Under the pieces are notes generated by a model. That model saw only the letters and a program-made list of their open reading frames with translations, did no database searches and was not told where the DNA came from. A stretch of DNA of 64,000 bases from Chiloscyllium plagiosum (taxonomy: Eukaryota). The number at the start of each line of letters is the position of its first letter. The first letter of the stretch is position 1. Positions 39,840 to 49,946 of this stretch are shown here, in pieces. Made by a program: the position numbers and the translations under genes. The stretch covers positions 88,791,405 to 88,855,404 of the forward strand of contig NC_057719.1 in the NCBI RefSeq assembly GCF_004010195.1. The letters run 5' to 3'.

Positions 39840-40075
39840 GTGGTGTTGTTGTGTCTCCATAGTCTTATCAGACCATAGGGGTTACTCTCTCATTAGAGAA
39901 GCGACTGGTGGTGATTTTAACCTGAGGACCACCAGACCTCAGGCAAGGGAAGAAGTTAAGAAGGAGAGTCCTTCATGGTAATCTCAAACCGGTGATGGAA
40001 GTTGAACCCACGCTGCTAACATCACATTATTCTGTAAACCAACAATCCAGCCAATGGAGTTAAACTGATTCCCGG
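39840..40075 (-). mobile_element. tRNA-derived SINE
   Basis: Minus-strand head with TTGGCTGGA...GGGTTCAACTTCC (B-box-like). Confidence 0.55.
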
Positions 40076-41317
40076 TTAGGTAGTAAGAATAAGGAGAAAA
40101 GCACACAATTCATTTGTAACATTCCCCTGAAGTGCATCTATTATTTGCCTCAATTGTTCCAAACAGTAGCAAATTTCTAACCAATCTCTCAAATTTTTTC
40201 TGTACTTATTTATTTATGTCTAACCTATATTCATGCCTTCATATTTTGAACTCCCAAATAGGGGATACATGCCTAAAGTCCTGCACATTTTTAATACGGT
40301 CACTCCTTGGTTTTGTCTTGTGTAGTAAAGAGTTTTGGTTTGTTCCATCTATCCTAACAGGCTAATAACTGTCATAATGTATTTATTGAAAATGATTTAT
40401 TGAAAAAAGATAAAGGATTATGTGTAGCCATCTGTGCTCTACTTTTGACTATTAATGGGACTTATTGTTTTGTTAGATGGAATTATACGTTTTAGAAGTG
40501 CGAAAATATGCTATATTTTCATACTTCTAAAAGCAACATATTTCCATTTTATTAAAAGAAACACTGTCAATGGGTTATTCTTGAAAGCAGAAGGATACAG
40601 AATAGGATATTCTAGAATCTGTTGTTCTGAGGTTCAGCCACCTGTGGTCATCACTGGTCAAGCATCTCTGAAGTCTTGCAGAGATATAATCACTTTTTCA
40701 AGAGAACAAGTTTCTTCCTGAACTGGTGTAGAAGTGGAGCAGCTTGATCATAGCAAACTTTCCTTAAACTAGGCTTTTTCTTTTGCAGGCATCTCTCCAT
40801 CTCACTACTTAAAACAAGAGACTCTTCAAGCCAATTGCTGGTCAAACATTATCTCGCATGGTCGACAATCATGTTCCCCCAAATCTTTTTCCCACTGTGA
40901 CCTCAATTTGAGCCCTGAAAACTGCTGCATCATCTTAGAAAGGACAATTAGAGCTGGAGGATAGCTGTATGTCTGTTTTATCTTAGTCAAAGTTCCACAG
41001 CAGCCATTGCCGCCTCAGAACTTATGATGCCAAAATTGCGACCCAAAACGGGATCCTGACCTCGTCCCCCCCCTTCCACTTTGGGAAGCCCTAGTCGACA
41101 GCAAAACAGGTAATTATCAGTCTTGTGATTTCGAGGTAGCCTTGAGAAAAATCACAATGAACTTTCAAAGGTCTCTTTTAATAGCCACAAACAATATAAA
41201 CTGCTTTTCCTGCAGTCCTTCAACAACAGTAAACATAAGGCATCTTCATTACAAAAGCATCCGCACTATGAGGTAAAGTTAAAGCAAAACTAGTGCCAAA
41301 CTAGTTTAAATCCGCCC

Positions 41318-42530
41318 AAATCGCACGAGTAAATCTCCCTCCCAGGACATTTGTACCCCTCCAGTTCAGGTGCAACCTGTCCTTCATGTACAGGTCCCAC
41401 CTTCCCCAGAAGGGATCCCAATGGTCTAGGTATCTGAAGCCCTCCCTCCTGCACCAGCCTCGCAGCCAAGTGTTAAGCTGCATTCGCTGACTGTTCCTCA
41501 TCTCATTATCTCGTGGCACCGGTAGCAAACCTGAGATCACTACTGTACTCTACTCGTCCTGCTCTTCAGCTTCCAACCTAACTCTCTGCAGTCACTTTTC
41601 AGATCCTCAATCCCTTTCCTGGCTATATCATTGGTGCCAAAATGTACCATGATTTCTGGCTGCTCCCCCTCCCCCTTCAGAATCTTGTAAACCCGATCGG
41701 TGACATCCCGGACCCTGGCACCGGGGAGGCAAGATATCTTCCGGGAGTCCCATTCCTGACCACAAAACCTCCAGTCAATCTGTCTAACTATTGAGTGCCC
41801 TACCACTAGCGCTTTTCTATTTCCTCCCCTTCCCTTCTGAGCCTCAGTGCCAGAGACTTGATAACTATGACTTTCCCCTGGTAGGCTGTACCCAGCAGCA
41901 GCAGTATCGAAAACGGTAAACTTATTGCTGAGGGGAACAGCCACAGGGGATCCCTGCTCTGGCTGTTGGTTCCCTTTCCTCCCCCTGACAGTAACCCAGC
42001 TGTCCTTATCCTGTGTCTGGGGCGTGACCACCTCCCCGTACATCCTCTCAATTTCCCCCTCAGCCTCCCGAATGATCTGTAGTTTATCCAGCTCCAGTTC
42101 CCTCACTCGGTTTTCGAGGAGCTGGAGTTGGGTGCACTTCCCACAGATGTAGTCGGCAGAGACATGTGAAGTGTCTCTCACCTGCCACATTCTGCAGGAG
42201 GTACATGCAACTGCCCTAACATCCATGTCCCACTATTCTGAAAGCCCACACAAAATTAAACAAAAGGAAGAGAAGGAAAACAAGAAACCTGAAACCTTAC
42301 CTAGTTTACAGATTCTTAGTAAGGTTAGAGGAGGTGGGCGGGAGGGAGGCCCTACAGTGTAGGGTCTCGGGTTTAGATCTCACCCACTTAAAAACTTTGC
42401 AGAAGTCCTTCGCTCCTCCCTTGCACCTCTCGGCAAATGGAGGCCCTGACGCCTGAAGTAAGTATTTTAAACAGTTAGACTCACCTTCGCTCCTCCCTTG
42501 CACCTCTCGGCAAAATGCCCTCTCGGCAAA
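41318..42530 (-). mobile_element. CR1 5' UTR plus nearly intact ORF1 (CxxC..CxxC zinc finger, leucine zipper, SGNH esterase)
   Basis: ORF 42226-41540: CTSCRMW...CGKCTQLQLL, VGHSIVR, CLPGARV, HFGTND. A frameshifted continuation reads DRLHLNWRG. Confidence 0.9.
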
Positions 42531-42534
42531 ACGT

Positions 42535-43290
42535 CCACCTTCTTCCTCAACTGAGGATTCCCCACCATTGTGTTTGAAAGGGCCCTTAGCCAGGTCTGAC
42601 CCTTCTCCTGTACTTCAGACTTCATCCCCTCTCTTCCCTCCAACAGCAGTGAGAGGGTCCCCCTTGTCCTTATCTACCATCCCATCAGCATCCACATCCA
42701 GGCGCCATTTCCGCTATACACAGTTGGATGCCACCACTGGATACACATTCCCCCTCCCCTCCCATTCCAGTGTTCCAGAGAGACCATTTCCTCTGGGATA
42801 ACCTGATCCATTCCTTCTCCATTCCCAAACGCTCCCCAAACCTCCATAGCACCTTCCCATACAACTATGGAAGGTTAACACCTGGCCTCCCTCTTCGCTA
42901 TCCAAGACCCCAGACATACCTTTCAGATTAAGCAGCAATTTACCTGCACTTTAATTAATCAGTGTGCCAGCACAGCTCAGCACAAGCTGGAAGGACATGT
43001 CATTTTCTGCTTGGGAATTCTGCAGCCTTCAGGACACAATGTAGAGTTCAATAATTCTAGAGCCTGAGCACTTTTTTCCAAACCTCCTTGTTGTCACATG
43101 GGCAGCTATCACTACCAACTCATTATCAGCCACTAATGGTCCCCCAAAACATCGACTCATTCTCCAAGGCTGACCACAACCTATTCCTTTGACTGCCAAA
43201 CTTTTTTTTCCCCTCTCTCTGGGGTCGATTTCCACATATTGTTGATACATCTCTCCTCCCACACCTCCCCCCTCCAGTTTCAGCATTTAT
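42535..43290 (+). mobile_element. Degraded Penelope fragment
   Basis: Similar to 29070-30000 (gccatttccgc, cccctcccctcccc, caatttacctgcac). Confidence 0.6.
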
Positions 43291-43334
43291 ACTAAAAGAG
43301 ATCAGTCTGAGACAAACCAGAGAATGGATGATAA

Positions 43335-46300
43335 ACTAAACTACATTTATTTCGATACAAGATGCCTAACAGGTAAAGCAGATGAACTCAGGTTATGTTT
43401 TGGAACATGGTACTAGGATATCATAGCCATTACAGAGATATGGCTCAGGAATGGTCTGGACTGGCAATTTAATGTTCCAGGGTATAAATGGTAAAGGATG
43501 GATAGAAAGAGGGGCGAAGGAGGAGGGGGAGTGGCGTTTTTGATTAGGGACAACATTACGATTGTACTTTGGAAGGATATTCCTGGGAATATGTCCAGGG
43601 AAGTTATTAGGGTGGAACTAAGAAATAAGAAAGGGATGATCACTTTACTGAATTGCACAACAGACACCCCAGTAGTCACCGGGAAATTGAGCAACATATT
43701 TGTAAGGAGATCTCAGTTATCCGTAAGAATAATATGGTGGTAATGGCAGGGGATTTTAGCTTTCCAAACATAGATAGGGACTACCATAGTGTCAAGAACT
43801 TGGATGAAGAGGAATTTGTTAAGTTTGTACAAGAAAGTTTTCTGATTCTATGTAGACGTACCTACTAGAGTGCAAAACTTGACCTATTTTTTGGAAATAA
43901 AGCAGGGTAGGAGACTGAGGTGTGGGTGGGGGAGCACACTGGCACCTGTGACCGTAATTCTATAATTTCAAAACATTGCTGGAAAGGAAAGACAGGATCT
44001 AACAGCTAAAGTTGTTAATTGGAGGAAGGCCAATTTTGACGCTATTAGGCAAAAACTTTCACAAGTTGATTGGAGGCAGATGTTTGCAGGTAAAAGGACA
44101 GCTGGAAAATCAGAACCCTTCAAAACTTAGATATGAGAGTCCGGAGACAGTATGCTCCTGTTCGCGTGAAGGACAAGGTTGGTAAATATACGAAATGCTA
44201 AATGACTAGAAAAATTGAGGCTTTGGTCAAGTATAAGCGGGAAGCATTTGTCAGGTATAGACAGTAGGGATCAACTGAATCCCAAGGAGACTATAAAAGG
44301 CAGTAAGAGTATGCTTAAGAGGGAAATCAACAGGACAAAAAGAGGACATGTGTAGCTGTGGTAAATAGGATGAAGGAGCATCCAAAGGGATCCAAATGCA
44401 TTAAGGACAAAAGGGTAACTAGAGAGAAAATAGGTCTCCTTATAGATCAGCGAGTCCATGTATGTGTGGAACCACAGAAGATGGGGAGATACTAAACAAG
44501 TATTTTGCATCAGCATTTACTGCAGAGAAGGATATGGAAGATATGGCATAAAGGTGAATAAATCCTCGGGACCTGATCAGGTGTACTCTAGAAATCTGTG
44601 GGAAGCTAGGGAAATGATTGCTGGGCCTTTTACTGAGATATTTGTATTATTGGTGCCGGGCCACAGCCCAGCGGGGCCGAGACGGTTCAGAAGCTATGTG
44701 ACCGAGTTGCCTCTTCAACACTACTGGAGGATGCAGAGATGCAGTCCGTGCACTCAAAGCATTATCCAAAAAATATCGCCTTGAAGTGGGCAGTCAGGCC
44801 ATGGAACACCTTGTTAATGTGCTGCAGACAGACCGTTCAGACTCTGAAATTATTGGTTATGCACTGGATACTCTTTGCAATCTGATCTCCAATGAGGTTG
44901 AAGAGGAGGAGCCAGAGGAGAATGTTCAGAAGACCAGTTCTGAAGACCTGGCTGTGCAGTTTGCAGAGATTTATATCAAACTACAAGAAAATCTTACCTT
45001 GCTGTTATCCTTGTTAGAGGAATTTGATTTTCATGTGCGCTGGCCTGCAGTAAAACTTCTAACTGCACTTTTAAAAAATCAAGGTCCACAAGTTCAACAG
45101 ATTATCCTTGTCAGCCCAATGGGTGTATCCAAGATGATGGATTTGCTTGCAGATTCGAGAGAAGTAATTCGCAATGATGGTCTCCTTTTGCTCCAGCAAT
45201 TAACGAAAGCTAATGCAGCCATTCAGAAGATTGTAGCTTTTAAAAATGGCTTTGAACGCCTGCTGGATATTATCACTGAAGAGGGGAAGAGTGATCGAGG
45301 CATTGTTGTTGAAGATTGCCTTTTGCTGCTCCTTAACTCGATGAAAAACAATAGTTCGAATCAGAATTTTTTTAAAGAGGGTTCATACATTCAACGCACA
45401 AAACCTTGGTTTGAGGTTGCTGAAGATAATTCGGGTTGGTCTGCACAGAAAGTAACAAATCTTCACCTGATGCTGCAGCTGGTGAGAGTGCTGGTGTCTC
45501 CTGTGAATCCTCCTGGTGCTACAAGCAGTTGCCAGAAGTCAGCATTCCAATGTGGTTTGTTACAGCAGTTGTGCACCATCCTGATGGCAACTGGAGTTCC
45601 TGCTGATATTCTCACTGAGACCATTAACACAGTATCTGAAGTTATCAGAGGGTCCCAGGTAAACCAGGATTATTTTGCTTCTGTGAATGCACCTTCCAAT
45701 CCACCAAGGCCTGCAATTGTAGTCCTTCTGATGTCCATGGTGAATGAAAGGCAGCCATTTGTCCTGCGTTGTGCGGTGCTGTACTGTTTCCAATGTTTCT
45801 TGTACAAAAACCAAAAAGGCCAAGCAGAGATTGTTGCCACACTTCTGCCAGCAACTATTGATGCCAATTCGATCTCGGCTGGCCAGCTGCTGTGTGGGGG
45901 CCTCTTCTCTACAGATTCCCTCTCTAACTGGTGTGCTGCTGTAGCATTGGCACATGCTCTGCAGGATAACTCCATCCAAAAGGAACAGCTGCTCAGGGTA
46001 CAGCTGGCAACCAGCCTTTGCAATCCTCCTGTCTCCCTGCTCCAACAGTGTACCAACATCCTGTCTCAGGGAAGCAAGGAGCAAACACGGGTTGGCCTAC
46101 TGATGTTGCTGTCTACGTGGACGACCAACTGTCCTATTGCTGTGACTCACTTCTTGCACAACCAAACCAATGTTCCTTTTTTAATGGCACAGATATCTGA
46201 GAACCTTGGGGAAGAGGAACAACTTGTGCAAGGTCTCTGTGCCCTTCTACTGGGCATCTGCATCTACTACAATGAGAATTCTCTGGAGAACCACACTAAG

Positions 46301-48255
46301 AAAAAGCTAAAGCAACTCATAGAGAAGAGAACTGGAAAAGAAATTTTCATTGAGAAAATTTCTCAATGAGGCTTACATCAGCAAGCATGAGCTTTACTCT
46401 CGACTGGTCAGAAAACCCAGCCAAGCTACAACAGTCCAGAGCAAATGCTGTTTGATCATGACTTCACCAAATTAGTTAAAGAATTAGAAGTTCTTATAAC
46501 AAAGGCTGTCCAAAAATCAAGTGAGGATGAGAAGAAGGAAGAGGAAGTGAAGAAGTCTTTGGAACAACATGACAGTATAGTCAATCAATACAAGGAACTT
46601 ATCCGTGAACAGGATCTGCAACTGAATGAATTGAAGAAACAAGTAACTGCCTTGACCAATCAGAACAAGCACAGTCAAACCACAATAACACAGCAAGCGT
46701 CACAGATTCAGCAGCTGCGTGACCAGTACAATCTTCTCAAAGTACAAGGTAAACCACTAGACAGCCAACATCACATTCACAATGAGGCAGCTCAGATCAA
46801 TGGTATTCAACCTAAAGACACCGAAGAAATTGGAAGGTTGCAAGGAGAGATTGAAGAACTGAAGAAGCAGCATAATGTATTAGAAGGACAGCTGGCTGAA
46901 AAGGAGTTTGAGATTAATAAATTGAGGGCTGCTCAGTCAACAGGAAACCTAGCTGAAGTTGGCACAGAAATTGCTGGTGACCAACCAACCGATCAGCACA
47001 AGGATCAGTTAAAGATGTTGACAGAGGAGAAAAAGTCCCTTGATCAACAGCTTGCCTCGACAAATAGTACAATAGCCATTCTTGAAACTGACAAGAGAAA
47101 GCTCCAACAAGAGGTGACAGAGCCTAAGAAGGAGCAGGATGATCTATTGGTACTTCTCGCAGACCATGACCAGAAAATCTTTGGATTTAAGAATAGGCTC
47201 AAAGAGCTTGGAGAACCAGTTGAGGATGAAGATGACCTGGAGTCTGCTGACCAAGAAGATGATGATGATGATCCAAACTAATTGCATAACGATGATATAC
47301 AGACAGAATAAGGAAATAAAATGTAAAGAAGGTCAAAGCTTCTATTACCACAATGCAGAATGTCGAAAGAGTTCAGAATGTTTTGTTTTTTTTCTTTTTG
47401 GAAGGGGGCTTTGAAATTAGTTTAATTGTATCTTCTACCAGTTGCAAAGATTCACTTACTGGCTAGGAGAGAAACTTTTCATTTTTTAAAGTATTAAAAT
47501 TTTAATAAAGCAAAGTTGTTTTTCTCCATTTAAGGGAAAAAAATTAAAAGCATTCCCTCATGGTACACTAAGCACATACTTGTTGCAGGAGTGAAGTGTA
47601 GCTCACCAGCTTTAGTCTACAGTTACACCTGGATAACCTGACCCAGTGTTGGAATATGTTGTATTATCTAGAGAATGCATTATTGTGAGAGGTTGCAGAC
47701 CAACCTGAGTTTAAAAGCAGCCCTTGAAAAAATGGCAAAATGTCAGATTAGGAATCTGGGCAGCTAGATGTCTCACACAACTCTTCTGTGAGAACTGATT
47801 GATTTGATAGCCAGAGGTAAGGTGCTGGAAGACTCGAGGTTGGCTAACGTGGTGCTACTTTTTCAAAAAGGTGGTCAGGAAAAGCCAAGGAACTATAAGT
47901 CTATGAGCCTGACATCAGTGGTGGGAAAGTTGTTGGAGGGGATCCTCAGGGACAGGATTTACATATGTTTGGAAAGGGAAAGATTGATTTGGGATGGTCA
48001 AGCTGACTTTTTGCTTGGGAAATTGAGCCTCACTAACTCAATGGAGTTTTTTGAAGAAATAACAAAGAGGATTTATGCAGAACTGTGGACGTGATCTACA
48101 TGAGCTTCAGTAAGGCTTTCGACAAGGTTCCTCATGGTGGACTGGTTAGCAAGGTTAGATCAAACGGAATACAGTCATTTGGATTTAGATCTGGCTCAAA
48201 GGTAGGAGATGGAGGGGTTGCGGTGGAGGGTTGCTTTTCAGATTGGAGGCCTATG
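43335..48255 (+). mobile_element. CR1 ORF2 (APE to RT) split by the USO1 retrocopy
   Basis: GGGVAFLIRD and AGDFSFPNID. The left part ends gagatatttgtattattg (44652) and the right part resumes ttgatagccagagg (47803), collinear with the CR1 at 124-165. Confidence 0.88.
44652..47802 (+). pseudogene. USO1: Processed (intronless) pseudogene of USO1 / general vesicular transport factor p115, with 3' UTR
   Basis: Translation GPQPSGAETVQKLCDRVASSTLLED...QTDRSDSEIIGYALDTL...KKEQDDLLVLLAD...acidic tail is clearly p115. No introns. About 11 N-terminal codons are missing, with a 1-nt deletion near 44733, a premature TGA at 46367-46369, another 1-nt deletion near 46403, and a native-like stop at 47279-47281. 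Confidence 0.95.
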
Positions 48256-49330
48256 CGTCACAAGGATCTGTGCTTTTTGTCCTGATTTGCCTTTCCAAAA
48301 TGCAGCACCTCATATTTACCTGAATAAATTCCATCTGAATAAATTCCTCAGCCCACTGGCCCATTTGATCAAGATCCTGTTCTAATCTGAGGAAACCTTC
48401 TTCACTGTCCACTACGCCTCTAATTTTGGTGTCCTCTGGAAACTTACTAACAACACCTCCTGTGTTCAGATCCAGATCATTTATATGATGACAAGAAACG
48501 GTTGACCCAGCACCAGTCTTTGTGGCACAACCCTGGTGACAAGCCCACTGTCTGAAAGGCAACCCTCTACCACCACCCTCTGTCTTCTACCTTTATGCCA
48601 GTTCTGTATCCAAATGGCTAGTTCTCCGTGATCCATGTAATCTAACACTGTTAAGCAGTCTACCATGAGGAACCTTGTCGAGCGCATTACTGAGATCCAC
48701 ATAGATCACATCCACTGCTCTGTCTTCATCAATCCTTTTCGTTACTCCTTCAAAAAACTTAAGTCAGTGAGATACGATTTACAATTCACAAAGCCATGTT
48801 AACTACCCTTAAATCAGTCCTTCCCTTTCCAAATGCATGTAAATCCTGTCCCTGAGGATCCCCTCCAACAACTTTCCCACCACTGACGTCAGGCTCATCG
48901 ACCTACAGTTCCTTGGCTTTTCCTGACCACCATTCTGAAATAGTAACACGTTAGCCAAGCTCGATTCTTCCAGCACCTCAACTATTGCTTTCCATGAAAC
49001 AAATACCTCAGCAAGGGCCCAGCAATCACTTCCCTAACTTCCCACAGAGTTCTAGGAGTCCCAGGTCCAGCAGGAATATGGACATTTTTCCAAGATGTTG
49101 CTATTTATTTCCCCACATTCTCTACCTTCCATGCCCTTATTCACAGTAAACACTGATGCAAAATACTTGTTTAGCATCTCCCCCATCTTCTGCGGTTCCA
49201 CACATTCATGGACTCGCTGATCTGTAAGGAGACCTATTCTTTCCCTAGTTACTCTTTTGTCCTTACTGTTATTTGTAAAATCCCTTTGGATTCTGCTTAA
49301 CCCTATGTGCCACAACTATTGCACGTCCTC

Positions 49331-49926
49331 TGCGGAAGAAAATTTGACATGGTTTGCCTGGCAGCCATTTTCCTATTCCGGCTGAGAAACCATTTTGTAA
49401 AGCAATATTAGTTGGTATGTTAGCTGTGCACTCCTTACTATGAGGTAATGCTAAAAGTAGGCCTTATCTATACAAGGCCCCTAGCCTGTCTCGTTAGTAT
49501 TTTTCACACTTTGATGGATGGCCAGTGCATGCAGTCAAGCAGATCTAGACTTGTCAATTAGTCCTGTTCTCCTACAAATTATTGCCTTTCCACGGTTGCT
49601 CAGCAAATTAAGGACATCTCTGCTTAGTGTTAATAGATCTGTGTAAATTGAACACACGGTGATAACATTCACTTTGGTCCACTTGTGGAATGTGTAATAG
49701 CATTTAGTTTTGACCCACACAGCTGACCTCTAATTCAGTACCATCTTGTAAGCATGCTGAAGCCTTGTAATTAACGATCAGCTCCTATCTGTTTTCTCTC
49801 CATAATCCTGTAATGTACTTTGGAATAGCACCGAGCCACAGTTTGGACGGTGAATTTCCCCACGATATATCGTGTAATAAACTAATCAGTTCTCAAGGTC
49901 TGTGTCTTAAGAGCTTTTCTTCAACA
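49331..49926 (+). repeat. 5' LTR of the ERV
   Basis: Begins tgcggaagaaaatttgacatgg and ends ttttcttcaaca. Aligns with 52836-53559. Confidence 0.9.
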
Positions 49927-49928
49927 AT

Positions 49929-49946
49929 TGGCGTAGTTGGCTCGGT
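49929..49946 (+). promoter_or_regulatory. Primer-binding site, tRNA-Ser type
   Basis: TGGCGTAGTTGGC lies 2 nt after the 5' LTR and matches 12 of the first 13 nt of TGGCGTAGTCGGC(AGGAT), the complement of the tRNA-Ser 3' end. Confidence 0.75.

Noticed and set aside
45560..46200. Antisense and alternate-frame ORFs over USO1
   Set aside because: Shadow ORFs of a coding-derived sequence.
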